Shown here piece by piece: positions 26,001 through 39,185 of a stretch of 64,000 bases of DNA; the first letter of the stretch is position 1, and every line of letters begins with the position of its first letter. The DNA comes from Dicyema japonicum. Lineage: Eukaryota > Animalia > Dicyemida. Position numbers and translations under genes: made by a program. The DNA lies in the NCBI GenBank assembly GCA_011109175.1, contig RDEW01000001.1, positions 322,395-386,394 of the forward strand, in the 5' to 3' direction. The notes beneath the pieces were generated by a model, which saw only the letters and a list, made by a program, of their open reading frames with translations, was not told the DNA's origin and did not search any database.

Positions 26001-26269
26001 TAACTTAGTTTCTTGCATTAAATAAATGCGTTATATGGTAAAACAATAATACATCAATATATAATGATGATAATGAGAGCAAAAATAAAGGTGATGATAT
26101 TCTTACTTCTGAAAAATATTTTGAAAGGATGGAAAAATCAAATTTTATCGCTGAGAAAATTGAATTGGGATTTTGTCATCCTCTGAAAGACTTTAGTGCG
26201 TATCAGAAATATAAAAAAATAGATTTTACTTTTTGAATATAATTTTAGTTTTAAATAATTAATTAACTC

Positions 26270-26400
26270 AGCCATCCATCCAAAGTGGACTCAGCCGACA
26301 ATATCGATATCACGACAGAGATCAACTGGAGAAGCCACCGGGTCTCACGTGTGCCGTGGCTTCTCAGTGTAGCTAGGCGTTTTTATCTTTTGCAAGAAAT
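26270..26400 (-). mobile_element. CRE-like RLE C-terminal fragment
   Basis: Nucleotide match to 42720-42860 (acagagatcaactggagaagccaccgg). Confidence 0.65.
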
Positions 26401-26959
26401 GCTAAAGGTTGTAGTACAGTAAAACAATTTCGAGATTACAACAAATAATCTTTTACCGAAGATAGACACTATTTTGAAAGATTCTAAAAAAGTATCAATC
26501 GTCTTTTAAAGCTGCACATAAACGATAATTTCCAAAGCTTGAAAAGAAGTTGGTAGAATTGATGGAGGTAGTAGAGTCTTAGGGTAGATATCAAAAAATC
26601 AAATTTCTATGAAGTTTTCTGAAAAATTTGTATCTTCCTAAAAATAGTACAGGTTTATTTAAATCCATGGATATTGGAATTATAAAATTTTCGAGAATAC
26701 TCCGGCTACTCTATCTGAAAGAATTGTTGGAAAATGTCTTTTTTTACAATATTTCGGTATAAAACTCTCACAAGAAATTGAATTTAAAAGATACGGCCTT
26801 AATTACAAAAAATGGCTTGTGAAGACATATTCGAAGAGACGATCAGGAAATGTTTCAACTTTTAATTAACTCAAATAACGAAAATCTTCAAATTGATATT
26901 AATAATACAGCATTCAGAAGAACATACATTTACGATCCTCTAAAGAGCCTATATCAAGG

Positions 26960-27035
26960 CTACTCCAAATTGGAAGGATCGGGAGAGGAAGAAAATTGGC
27001 TTATGAGATCTCCAAGGGTCGGACACGACTTAATT
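26960..27035 (+). mobile_element. RTE/BovB-like C-terminal fragment
   Basis: AYEISKGRTRLN resembles the RTE end ..HGVxKSRTRL. Confidence 0.5.
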
Positions 27036-27569
27036 TGGATAACATTTTTAAACATGAATACACGGACGTTGAAACATTTAATATAAATGAAAATTCTTTA
27101 GATTAAGAAAATAGTGAACAAGAATTGGAAAAAAAGTAAGACCTGTACACAAAATGGATATTCCAGTTAGATTAACTGCGAGAGGGAACTTTTTGCCAAT
27201 GTTTCGAATGAACATAAAATATATCTAATTTCTTTAATAAGAAAATACAAAGTTAGTATTGTTGAAGCAAAAAAAACATATATAAATTTCATTTTAATAT
27301 AGGGTTTCCCGACCATTAACGTAACTTTACAAATCGATGACGTCACGTTACTGATCAATGGCGTCACTTTCTAATCAACAGCATGGGATAAGGGTAAATT
27401 TATTTTTTGATAAAAAAACATCTTAGAACACATTATAAGGTTGGATTTTTAGTATCCTAGAGACCAAGTGCTATTTTAGGATCTTCTAACTATATTCTTG
27501 TAGGGACCATCAGAACCTGAAATTGCATCAATGACTAATTTTCCTGTTATGAAGACGGAATTGAAGACC

Positions 27570-27700
27570 CAATATCTTTGATAATGCCTGTATTTATTAT
27601 TTTACGGACAATCTCCATTTTCCATTACCCTTACTCGCCATTTCTCAGTCCAATTGAGAATTTATTCAGCATGTGGGAAAAATATATGTTTCCAGAGCAG
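27570..27700 (+). mobile_element. Tc1/IS630 DD..E transposase fragment
   Basis: FDNACIY...PYSPFLSPIENLFSMWEK. Confidence 0.75.
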
Positions 27701-28107
27701 GTGTTGAAAATTAAAAAATTAAAATTTGTTTTTACCCTTAAAAAGTTTAGTTACGTTATTGGTGGGAAAAGTGACGCAAATGGTCGGGAAACTTAATAAT
27801 TTAAATCGCATCTATAAAATTTTCAAACTTTGAAAAATTTTTATGTAAGAAAACTACATTCTGATGTCCAATCCTCTGTTTAAAATCACCCCAATTAGAC
27901 AGGTCACTCAGTGTACATTTTCAACATAATCTTTACTGTTAATGATTATTTTAGATATTTTAATTTTCATTTAAATTTATAAAAAATTTAAATATCATAA
28001 TTATATGAAATAAATAATTTTTATTAAATTTAAACAAAATTATAAAAATCAAATTTTACTTATTTAAACATAAAATATAATAAATATAAAAGATTAAGTT
28101 ATTATCA

Positions 28108-28929
28108 ATGAAACTAATGACAAGTTATAGCCAAATTATAGTGATTCTGATATATATAATATTCTCTACAAAAATGAGTACTGAAGTCACCGGATATAAA
28201 AAAAGCGATTGCCCTGTCCCTACATGGCTAGTTCCAATAAAGTCTAATGATCAGACCTTCTCCGTCTTATTTCAGGGAATTGTAAATTTGACTTATTCTG
28301 ATCCAAATAAAGGAGTATTAAATGTTATAAACCAAGTTGCGTGAAATTAATTTGAATGATTCTACGATTATATCTGGGAAGAATATCGACTTTCCGCATT
28401 ATTATATATCTTTATTATCAGGCAAAAACGGAATTGAATTAGAATTCAATTTTATTAATGGGGTGTCATTATAAAATATTTTGCGATCATTATCGATAGT
28501 AATATGATATTTTGAGCTAAGATAATTTGGATTCCTGATATTAATCATTATTATAATATAGCATTGAAGAATACTCATTTTAACTGTCCTAACTTGTTGA
28601 TAAAATTTGGCCCGGATTATAAAGCGAAAATTTATCATATGAAGTTTCAAATTTTTGATGGAAAAAATGGCACAAGTTTTTATGGAAGAAGTTAAATTTA
28701 TTAATAATCATTAGAATCAACGTGTGATCCCTCGATACCTATAAATAAAGTAGTTTATCCACTGAATGGTAAAATTATAATTTATTTTATAGAAACTGAT
28801 TGTACAAATAAAACTATAGTTAAAAGTAAATATAATTTTATTTCTATAGGTCCTAATGTTGATAGTTCTATAAAACGTACAATATTGGGTAAATTAATGA
28901 TTTTCCTTGTGGGAATATTAGCTATATAA
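28108..28929 (+). CDS. LAMP-like surface protein copy A: one domain, GPI-signal-like C-terminus, apparent frameshifts near 28470-28530
   Basis: Signal MTSYSQIIVILIYIIFSTKMS. With 22-24 bp introns removed it reads SDCPVPTWLVPIKSNDQTFSVLFQGIVNLTYSD...THFNCPNLLI..KFQIFDGKNGTSFYGRKSTCDP...NVDSSIKRTILGKLMIFLVGILAI*. Confidence 0.75.
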
Positions 28930-29159
28930 TTATAATTTGGGCTTCTATTATATTTGGACTTTTGTTATTATTTGATTTTTTACTTATTATTTACACAACC
29001 TCATACAATAAGTGATCGGTAAGGACAAGTTGGTTTCGAAAATATGAACAGAAAATTATCAGACTATGTTGAAATCAACTGAGAACACTAAGAATGTGTC
29101 AAGGAGCTACAGAAAGGTAATACTTAACCAGTGGATCAACCAGCAGAACAGGAATAGTT

Positions 29160-29900
29160 TGGCCACTCTGTGGGTAGACGTTTAAAAGCCTTTGGTTCAA
29201 TGGATCACATGACTTTTTGTATCGGATACTCGATAACTCTAGATTCCCTTACTGGATTGTAGATTTCGTAACAAACTTTAAAGAAATATTTAAAATCTGC
29301 CACTAATTTGCTCCCCCTGTGATCTGAACTAACTTGCTCGACGTAATAGATATAGATATCAAGATGTGTTAGACTTTGGGAACCACTATGTTAGAGGATA
29401 AAAAAAGCTATGTCTTAAATATCGAAGCGTTGAAGTTAATATTTGGTGGGGTTAAATAGAGGATCGAGAGCCTGGAAAAAACAAGATTAATTTCGAATGC
29501 TTCTACAATTCTTCAGAGAACTGGAGAAGTCGAATTTTGTTTGAGGAAAGTGGGGATTCTGCGGGTGATAAAATGGAAGAAAACATTTACCGCAATCGTA
29601 GGTATAAAGATCCCCCTGTTATGCATCTGGACTTAAAGAGCTCCATGAGAAATCTTTAATAGGACAAAAACGAAGGAAGCAATTACATGGAACTCCTTTC
29701 GAATGTTTAGGAGATATCAACGTCGACGTCAGCGAATCATCTCAGTGGTTATCACATGGGAACAATTTTCCAAGATCCAAAGGAAGACCGTAATTTGTTC
29801 TTCAACTGTGCTGGAGAAAAGTGCAACAAATTTAACTCTTCCAGGAAAAGCGTCGAGCATTTGGCAACAAGGTATGGAAAAATTAAGATTGAGTTGAAAT
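29160..29900 (+). mobile_element. LINE debris: RT domain-3 fragment and NeSL-type CCHC fragment
   Basis: VDV*KAFGSMDH..FPYWIVDFVTNF; RNLFFNCAGEKCNK..KSVEHLATRYGK. Confidence 0.65.
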
Positions 29901-30029
29901 AGAATGAAACAATAGTGACTAATGTAAATTGATGTGCTCAACGATAATTCGTCTCCTCTTGTTAAAGTGCTGTGAGAGAGGAGACTGACGACATGATTTT
30001 TGCCACTGCATTTCATCAGTTCTATTTAA

Positions 30030-30200
30030 TGATGGCATCGGTTTTGACAGATAAGACAATAAAGACGATATCCAAGGCGAAGAGTAATGGGCCGAGGGGT
30101 TCTCCTTGTACTCCAGTAATCAACTTGAAGCTGTGTTGACAGAAAATCAATGTTCAGTGATCACCATAATGAAGGTTTACATAAGATCTCGATATACTAC
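30030..30200 (-). mobile_element. CRE-like RT domain-4 fragment
   Basis: TGVQGEPLGPLLFALDI resembles the CRE motif GVQQGDPLGPLLFAL. Confidence 0.7.
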
Positions 30201-30899
30201 AAAAGAGTGCGAAGAGAAAAGCTTCATAAAGAAAACTGGTACAACGAGTAGAAAGAGCACAGCAAAAGCGAAACTCTAAGTATTCATGTGCTCATGGGTA
30301 ACGTTGGATTGCTTTAAAAACCATCAAACATTCTAATTGATGCTATAAGTAATATAAACTCAGTTTAGATTAGTTGGTAATTCAATTCCTTTTGCTAATT
30401 ACTTAATCAGATCCAGCTTACTAGGAGACGCTCAACCCTGGTCGGAATTTAAAAAATTCATATGAGAGACTATTTGTTCACTAAAATCTGGGATTGTTCA
30501 CAGCCTTCTGGAATATTTTCTCAAATCACTGTGCTTGGATGAGGCTACTAGAATGAGTCAGGATCAACAAATTAGTCAGTTTGGTTTTACCATGTCATTT
30601 AAAATTTATTAGTATTATTAATAGAGAGATTTTTTTGTTAATTCGCTGTTGAGACGTCTAATTCTTTTGCGCCTGCAACGATGGAATTCTTGAGTCGTCC
30701 AGAGAATCTGATTTCTACACGATCAGAAGACCCTAGAGAGCGCTGTTCGTTATTTGAGTGAATCTCGCTCGCCATCCTGAATGGGAATAGCAGGACAGAT
30801 GCTATTAGACCATTTGCTAACTTTTTTTCCTATATGTTTTATTACATTGGCACATTTTATATGGAGAGATTGTTAAATACGAATTAACTTTCCCTCCTA

Positions 30900-31290
30900 T
30901 AGCCGGTATCAGCAAATTATATCTCCAAGTTATTGCGCCGACGATTAAATATGCCTGTTCTCCCTGGAGATTCGTTGTTCCTTGTAAGAGGGTGGAGCGT
31001 ATGAACTCGCTCAGACAAAATATCATGAGGAATATTCAATCAGACTTTACATCCATCCCCAGTCTCTTTTCAGAAATGGCCAGGGCTTCCTACGCATGTG
31101 CAAACTAGAAAACCATGTCAGAAAGAGGGTGTTTCATACGGAGCAATTCAAATAGGCATTTAAAAAAGTGGACTCCGATAGAATTTCTCTACAGAAATAA
31201 AAGAAGACACTTCAGAAACGCTGTTGGTTCACTGGCTGAGCATTCGAAGAGAATTCGAAAGATGTCGGAGGCTGGGAGAAATTATTAAAT
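30900..31290 (+). mobile_element. C-terminal fragment of the Jockey/I-like LINE family
   Basis: KLYLQVIAPTIKYACSPWRF aligns with TLYQQTIAPAIEYASVAWRF in the 61550 ORF. Confidence 0.75.
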
Positions 31291-31384
31291 ACGAATTAAC
31301 TTTACTGATGATTAATATAATCCTAAATTAAAAAAATAGCAAATAAAAAAATTAATTAATTTTAATTTAAAAAAACAACTAAAT

Positions 31385-31995
31385 CTCAATGAACACTTGG
31401 AACCGTCCGAAGGAATTCCCAGAGACTCGAATCAAAGCATCACGCATTACTAAGTTATTTCATCCTTGGGTAAACTCAAGAATGGCAGAGCTTCTGGACG
31501 GGACAAAGTGTGTGCAGAATTATTGAAATACACGCCAGAAAGGGTGGCTTAGTTAATCTGCACAATCCTGAACAGGACGTTCAAATGTCACAGTCCATTT
31601 GATGCGGGGAATGGCACCTTGATCCCAATTCAGAAACCTGGAAGAAAAGAGGAAATCTAAAATGGTAGCGACCTTACCCGTTAGCTTGGGTGGACTGGGA
31701 ATCCTTTCACCAAAAAATTTGGTTTGCTCCGCGATTCCGTCCTCCTTGTGCCCCATCCGATTGATGATCAGGATGATTTTCCAACTTTAAACAGAATCCT
31801 CTGAAATCACAGATGTGGAGCAATTGAAAAGGATAATGCCTGAGCAGAAAGACCGTCACAGGACAATCTGAGAGATTTCTTAACCAATCAAACTAACTGT
31901 TCTTTACTTAAATAAAGTGTGTGTCCTGCCTATGCGGAGCTATAAAATACTATGGCTCTCGTGAAAAGGCTTTATTATTATTATTATTATTATGA
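31385..31995 (+). mobile_element. Internally deleted RTE-like LINE with the dispersed 3' end (repeat copy 3)
   Basis: LGKLKNGRASGRDKVCAELLKY..TLIPIQKPG (RT domains 0-1) runs into the shared 3' UTR and a (TTA)7 tail. Confidence 0.8.
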
Positions 31996-32019
31996 CCTAG
32001 TGTTACATTTGAGACATTT

Positions 32020-32600
32020 TTATTTATTTAACACCAAAGACCACGGTAAAACCAAAACTAAAAGTTTCCTCACTTCCGAAGTAATGTCTCTGCATTTCAG
32101 GTTCTTTTTGAATAGAGTAAGTAGTCCACCCCCTCTTCTTTTTTTTACGGTCTATCCTGATTGCTTCGTATCCAGGGAATGAAGGAGTGGAATCATGCAT
32201 GCGGAGTTTAGTTCTTGAATCATGGCCACGTCAATCTTCTGATTTGCCAGGATTGAACGGAGTTCCCTGACCTTGCCTTTAATTCCGTTGATGTTCAAAT
32301 GGAGAGCAGTAAATTTCCTTTCTTGGGCTGAGGGTTTTCGCCGGGAATGGGACTTTTTTGAAGCACATCGCTGGGGGTCGATAATGACCCCCGGGGGGAA
32401 GGAGTCTAATGGTCTTTTTTGGGAGGGCATTAGAAGCCCTCTGGACGTGGCCAAATCCTTTTGAATTTTTTGAATTGGTGGACCACATAACGCCACGCTA
32501 CAAGAGACATGGTATTGATATGCTACAATACTTCGATTTAAAAAAGAGAGCAATTAAAAGATGTATTCGGAACTGGCATCCAATCAATTTTTAACGTCTA
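32020..32600 (-). mobile_element. Jockey/I-like LINE with a large internal deletion (APE start fused to the 3' UTR)
   Basis: ALHLNINGIKGKVRELRSIL..IDVAMIQE. The 3' UTR aagaccacggtaaa matches 24815. Confidence 0.75.
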
Positions 32601-32604
32601 CAGG

Positions 32605-32790
32605 GTGTAAATTGTATTTTTGCCTCTTTATTTCCCCCAATACCATCAAAAAGAAAAATTGAAAGAACTTTGAGGAGTACATATGCAATCCTGAGCATCG
32701 GGAAAATCCCATCAGACGTGTGCAATAATTTGTATAGCCACATGCGGAGTTATTTAGTCAAAGCATTGGCTAAAGAAGTTTTTTAATTTT
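32605..32790 (+). mobile_element. Tc1/IS630 C-terminal fragment
   Basis: FLPLYFPQY..E..CNNLYSHMRSYL. Confidence 0.45.
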
Positions 32791-32837
32791 GTTTTTTTCT
32801 GTTAATTATAAAAATTGTTTTTTTTTAATTTGAAATT

Positions 32838-33700
32838 ATGCAAAAATTATTAAACATTTTGACAAAGTTAGTAGACAAATCGAAAAACCCCCTAAAGTTA
32901 AATTTATTTCTTGTGGTGATGAATACATTTGTTTCTGCTAATCCGAGTGGGATTATCACGGACCTACCTGCGAATAAGCGGAATGTTAAAAACAATGATA
33001 ACCAGGTTAATTGGTCCAAGTGTTGTTCGGAATACAAAAAACTGATGAATGAGTTCATAATCCACTTTCTTAACCAGAGCCAGGAAAATATCATATCTCT
33101 CCAGGCGATTATCGACCAAGTGAATAAGGAAGACAAAGATGAGTGGGTATCGGAAGTTTCCCGAGTATTTGAAACAAGATTTGAAAGACTATTTCGAGGT
33201 GGAAAGTACCGTAACAACTTCTTAGAAAGGAGATTGTAATTGGTATCTGCTTCCTATCAATTATTATATAAATTCATTTACAACAACGAATATAAACGAT
33301 ATTGTGGATATTGTTTATGATGGACAGCGGGCGTATGACGTTCTCTCCCAGAACGTAACCGAAAGAATAAGAATTAGATCCACCATATGTAACCAAACTT
33401 ACAAAACTGAAGAAACAGCTTGAATGAATAACAGAGCTTACCGGACAGAGAGGAAATCAAAGATATGACGATGAAACGAGGAATGTGCTTTCCCAATTTG
33501 GATATCCAAGATGGGTGAATTCGGCACAACTGGTGCTTGTATTCAGGATGACATAAAGATTTTGGTGAAGTAGTACGAATCCATGAATCTTTTAAGGAAT
33601 TCAGAAAACATAATTGGTGTTTTGAACTTAATTGAAGATACAAAAACCAGATGATTGAGGGGCCTCCACTTTCACCAGGTTTTTGTACAGGCAGTGTAAC
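32838..33700 (+). pseudogene. Unknown intronless ORF (133 aa open, then a stop-interrupted continuation)
   Basis: MQKLLNILTKLVDKSKNPLK...; further near-open frame NDIVDIVYDGQRAYDVLSQ... No family recognised. Confidence 0.4.
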
Positions 33701-33989
33701 CCCGTTGAAAAGCTAATCAAACAATCTTGGATACTTCCTTGAACATAAATGAACGAGGCTCTTTTTCGGACTGTAAAAGAGGTAAGATGTCATTCCCTAT
33801 TAAACCCGTAGAATTTTATTCCTCAATTTTTTAGATCAGCATTCCGTTCAGGGTTACAGGTATCGGTTCTAAGCCCAATATTCCGTTGATGATTGACTTT
33901 AGAGTATTAAGCACCTGTTTATTTTTTTATATTGCAAAGGACTCACCGTTTCCTCGGCGACCGATACTATACCTCGAGCGATTCTCTCC

Positions 33990-34230
33990 CATTACCCCTG
34001 GACATTGCCCACGTGGATGAATCATATAATAGGACTTGTTTAACAAAGGCGTTGTATAGCCTCGATTGTCTTCCGTCAATTCAGTTTTTTTTAACTATGT
34101 TCAGCGCAGCTGTATTCGTCGAACGATGTCCTTAGTGTCTCCAAATAAGATCTTGGTTTTTTTTTTTCCATGGTTCATTTTTCATCCTTCTGATATCCAC
34201 TACTTCCGTTTTGTAAATATTCATCTTAAC
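33990..34230 (-). mobile_element. RTE-like C-terminal fragment
   Basis: Homologous to 51250-51430 (ccctggacattg.ccacgt.gatgaat; cagcgcagc). Confidence 0.5.
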
Positions 34231-34699
34231 ACTTTTTAAGTTCATTAGGAGCTGCTTCCAAGTAAATGAGAACTGGTCTTATTTATTAGCCACAATTTTT
34301 AATTTAATTTTTCTGGACAGAAATAAGACAAAGCAGACGATCTATCCATAAGATTGGGTCAATGATCCAGTGGTCACCAAGGATCCATGTGAGACAAGAT
34401 GGCTTAGAGAGCTTTTGTAAGAGGAAACAGTCTGGCGATTCACGGTCCCTAAATTTAGTGCTCTTTTAACTGCTTAATTATAATAATCTAATAAATTACC
34501 AAAAATGAGAATTTTATTAACACGTGATTTACTTTTCATGAAAAAACTAAATTGTAAATTATAAAAAAAATAATGCTATTTTTGTCAACTCAGCTGATAG
34601 ATTCTCGCACTTGTTTCATAAGACGATATCGAGAAAAACATGAAATAATCTTTTACTGAAGAAAGTTTTTTTGCTGACTTTAGAGATCATTGACGCAAA

Positions 34700-34917
34700 A
34701 GATCTTAGAAAAGAGACCGTCTTGGCCCCGAAAACTCTACTCGTCTCGACAACGATGGGCTGAACTTGGTGACTTTAGAGATAATTGACCCAAACGATCT
34801 TAGAAAAGAGACCGTCTTGGCCACGAAGACTCCACTTGTCTCGACAACAATGTGCTGAACTTGGATTCTTGTTGAGAGGCTGTCGTATTTTTTATCTTGA
34901 AAATTTCGAAAGTCCAA
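34700..34917 (-). mobile_element. CRE-like RLE fragment with a ~65-bp local duplication
   Basis: QDKKYDSL..IVVETSGVF..FLRSFG. gatcttagaaaagagaccgtcttggcc occurs twice. Confidence 0.75.
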
Positions 34918-35771
34918 GCAGTTAAAAACTAAATATTAAATTTTTTCCATTAATTACTTTAATAGAGAAGGAACTCTTATCTAATGTTGAGAATGAAGTT
35001 TTGTCCATTTCTTCAATAAGAAAGTTCAAAACGTAGCTATCGAAATACGCTCTATAAATCATCCAGTCACACGTGGGTTATTGGTGGCCCTTTAGATCAT
35101 TGAGCTAATCTAACGGAGTTGATCGTCAGCTTGTAGTCCAAGGATTCCTGACGTCTCAATGAGACAAACAAGTGATCTTCCTAAATGTTTCGATACTTCC
35201 TTCTCTTAAGACCCTCGGTTTGAACAGAAGCATGACCTGGCCAAATAATTCTATGGAAGTTGGAAGAGAGAACTGATAAGTACTGCAGCAAAACCAAAAA
35301 GTTGGGCACCTTCTTAGGGGACCACAAAGATAGTCAATAGAAAACACTTGCAAATGCAACTTTACAAAAGTTTACAATGTAAAACATATATGTTAATGAT
35401 TGAATAACTAATATTTTGGAAAAAATATCCGATTTGTAAAATCGGATTAGAATTTTAAAACGTATCAAAAAATTTCAAACTATGAGACATTTTTGTTGGA
35501 AGAAACTAAAGTCTTATGTTTAATACTCTGTTTAAAATCACCCCAATTCGACAGGTAACACAGAGTATATTATCAATGTAATATTTAGTATTACGATTAT
35601 ATTAAATATTTAAATTTTCATATAAATTCATTAAAAAAGTTTAAATATCATAATTATATGAGAAAAAAATTAATTTTTATTAAATTTAAACAAAATTGTA
35701 AAAACCAAATTTTATTAATTTAAACATAAATATAATAAATATAAAAGATTAAGTTATTATCAATAAAATTA

Positions 35772-38025
35772 ATGACAAGTTATAGCCAAATTATAGTGAT
35801 TTTGATATATACAAAAATGAGTAATGAAGTCACCGGATATAAAAAGAGCGATTACTCCGTCCCAACATGGCTAGTTCCAATAAAATCTAATGATCAGACC
35901 TTTTCTATCTTATTTCAGGGAATCATAAATTTGACATATTTTGATCGAAATCAAAACGTATTAAATATTATAAACAAAGTTTCGTGAAGTTAATCTGAAT
36001 GATTCTACGATTCAATTTGGGAAGAATACTGACTCTCCACAATATTATATATATTTGTTATCAAGAGGAAACGGAATTGAATTAGATTTCGATGTTATTA
36101 ATGGAGAAGTTAATATAATAAAATTCGTGATCATTAACTATAGTAAAATGATAATTTAATCTAAGATGTGGGGTTTAATGATATTAATAAGTATTCGAAT
36201 AAAGCATTGAAGAATACTTACTTGGACTGTCCTAACTTGTTGATACAATCTGGCACAAAATATAAGGCGAAAATTTATCATATGAAATTTCAAATTTTTA
36301 ATGGAAAAAATGGCACAAGTTTTTATGGAAAAAGTTAAATTTATTATAAAAATTAGAATCAACGTGTGATCCCACGATACCTGAAAATGAAAAAGTTAAT
36401 CGACTGAATGGTAAAATTATAATTCATTTTTTAGAAAATGATCGTACAACTAAAACTACAAGTAAAATATAATTTTATTCCTTTATATCCTAATGCTGAC
36501 AGTTCTAAGGAAATAAGTATAGAAGTCACCGGATATAAAAAAAGCGATTACCCCGTACCAACATGGCTAGTTCCAATAAAATCTAATGATCAGACCTTTT
36601 CTGTTTTATTTCAAGGAATCGTAAATTTGACATATTTTGATTCAAATCAAAACGTATTAAATATTATAAACAAAGTTTCGTGAAGTTAATCTGAATGATT
36701 CTACGATTCAATTTGGGAAGAATACTGACTCTCCACAATATTATATATATTTGTTATCAAGAGGAAACGGAATTGAATTAGATTTCGATGTTATAAATGG
36801 AGAAGTTAATATAATAAAATTCGTGATCATTAACTATTGTAAAATGATAATTTAATCTAAGATATTGGGTTTAATGATACTAATAAGTATTCGAATAAAG
36901 CATTAAAGAATAGTTACTTGGACTGTCCTAACTTGTTGATACAATCTGGCACGCATAAGGCGAAAATTTATTATATGAAATTTCAAATTTTTAATGGAAA
37001 AAATGGCACAAGTTTTTATGGAAAAAGTTAAATTTATCATAAAAATTAGAATCAACGTGTGATCCCTCGATACCTAAAATGAAAAAGTTAATCGACCGAA
37101 TGGTAAAATTATAATTCATTTTTAGAAAATGATGGTATAACTAAAACTACAAGTAAAATATAATTTTATTCCTTTAGGTCCTAATGCTGACAGTTCTAAG
37201 GAAATAAGTATAAAAGTCACCGGATATAAAAAAAGCGATAACCCCGTACCAACATGGCTAGTTCCAATAAAATCTAATGATCAGACCTTTTCTATCTTAT
37301 TTCAGGGAATCATAAATTTGACATATTTTGATTCGAATCAAAACGTATTAAATATTATAAACAAAGTTTCGTGAAGTTAATCTGAATGATTCTACGATTC
37401 AATTTGGGAAGAATACTGACTCTCCACAATATTATATATATTTGTTATCAAGAGGAAACGGAATTGAATTAGATTTCGATGTTATTAATGGAGAAGTTAA
37501 TATAATAAAATTCGTGATCATTAACTATAGTAAAATGATAATTTAATCTAAGATATTGGGTTTAATGATACTAATAAGTATTCGAATAAAGCATTAAAGA
37601 ATAGTTACTTGGACTGTCCTAACTTGTTGATACAATCTGGCACGCATAAGGCGAAAATTTATCATATGAAATTTCAAATTTTTAATGGAAAAAATGGCAC
37701 AAGTTTTTCTGGAAAAAGTTAAATTTATTATAAAAATTAGAATCAACGTGTGATCCCACGATACCTAAAAATGAAAAAGTTAATCCACTGAATGGTAAAA
37801 TATAATTCATTTTATAGAAAATGATCGTACAACAAAACTACAAGTCAAAGTAAAAAATAATTTTATTTTTTTGGTCCTAATGTTCATAGTTCTAATGGAC
37901 AAAATATTGGTATTTCTGAAGAACCAAATGTTGATAGTTTAAAGAGGCTAAAGGTTGATAGTTCTTTAAAACGTACAATTTCGAGTAAATTAATGATTTT
38001 CCTGCTGGGAATATTAGTTATTTAA
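35772..38025 (+). CDS. LAMP-like surface protein copy B: three tandem domains
   Basis: Units start at ~35826, 36522 and 37213. Unit-1 introns are at 35958-35979, 36143-36165, 36334-36356 and 36411-36434. Each unit carries TYLDCPNLLIQSG..KFQIFNGKNGTSF[YS]GKKSTCDP. Some acceptors or frames are damaged (near 36487, 37075, 37870). Confidence 0.8.
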
Positions 38026-38209
38026 TTATAATTTGGGATTCTGTTATTTTTTGGAGTTGTTATTTTATTTGTTATTTACTATTTACACAACAGACTAGAT
38101 ATCTCAATCCATCTAAACATCTAGATCGATTCTCTTCAAGAATTACCAAAAATGAGTGCATTCCTTCATGAATCAATTCACTAATCATTGATGACGAATA
38201 TTAAAGCAG

Positions 38210-38470
38210 GGAATAGTTACCAGAGCTCTGGAATGCTCTTGACTTCTTTTTTCTAATGTTAGGTGTTATATACCATCCGGATCCAATGACAAGTAATCAC
38301 TGATGAGGCGTAACTCATAGATGGAACCTTCAGCCGGGATCTACAGCAGCGACATTCGATCAGGGGCCATCAGTCATTTGCCCCGCTCTTATGACAATGC
38401 ACGATATTATTATGTCGCGTCTCACCCGGGCTACCCATCACATGTTACTCGTCAATAAATCTGATTCCTG
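38210..38470 (-). mobile_element. R2-like RLE fragment (copies at ~48720-48960 and ~54360-54590)
   Basis: ETRHNNIVH motif; otherwise degraded. Confidence 0.35.
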
Positions 38471-39047
38471 TCATTCATCAATATTAAAAAGTTTCTAATC
38501 AATTATCGTTTCGCTAAAAAATAAATTTATTTTTTTATGTTTATATTTTTACTTAATTTATGTTGATTATTCTGAATTATCTTAATCTGTTACAATCTGT
38601 TCAGCTTTAGCAATGGATTAAACCAATAATTTTTTAAAACTCGTACCTCAAATTATTCACAAAAAATAGCTCATTCCCAATTAAAAAATCATATTTGATT
38701 GATGAACATTTTTTTTGATCATCCGCTTAAAATATGTTGAATAAATTCAGTTCAAAATGATCTGCATATTAGTTTTCTAGAATACTTAATTAAAAATTAC
38801 CTAAAGCATTTGAAATTTGTTCCAATATTCTGTAATGTTAGTGGAAAACATCATCCGAAGTCTCTTTTATGAAATATATAAACTTTTATACTCATGAATG
38901 ACTGTGTTTATCCCAGAAACTCTTCTTAGTTTATAAAAGGTGTTTCATTCGTAGAGGAATGAATAGAGCTTCGTTTAAAATTTGTTTCAGTTTTTAATGT
39001 ATTCCTCAGCCATTAAATTTGAAAGATAAATTTTAATTAAACCTTTA

Positions 39048-39185
39048 TATAATAATAACAGTCTTTTCACGAGAGCCATAATATTTATAGCTCTGCATAG
39101 GCAGGACACACAATTTATTTAAGTAACGAACAGTTAATTTTAACTAATCGTAGAACCAAGGAATGACCTTCATTTCTTTTTTTCT
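39048..39185 (-). repeat. RTE-like LINE 3' end repeat, copy 4
   Basis: aataataa..cttttcacgagagccata...aaccaaggaatg. Confidence 0.8.

Larger units (their letters stand above)
34925..39185 (+). repeat. Segmental duplication block B, homologous to ~45500-49740 and ~52510-55410
   Basis: Co-linear shared sequence from aaaactaaatattaa to the LINE 3'-end repeat. Confidence 0.95.

Noticed and set aside
28927-28935. TAA read as Gln (ciliate-type code) to extend the LAMP-like genes
   Set aside because: Other in-frame TAA codons are explained by micro-introns or frameshifts, and the palindrome gene pair ends in TGA in one arm and TAA in the other at the same position.
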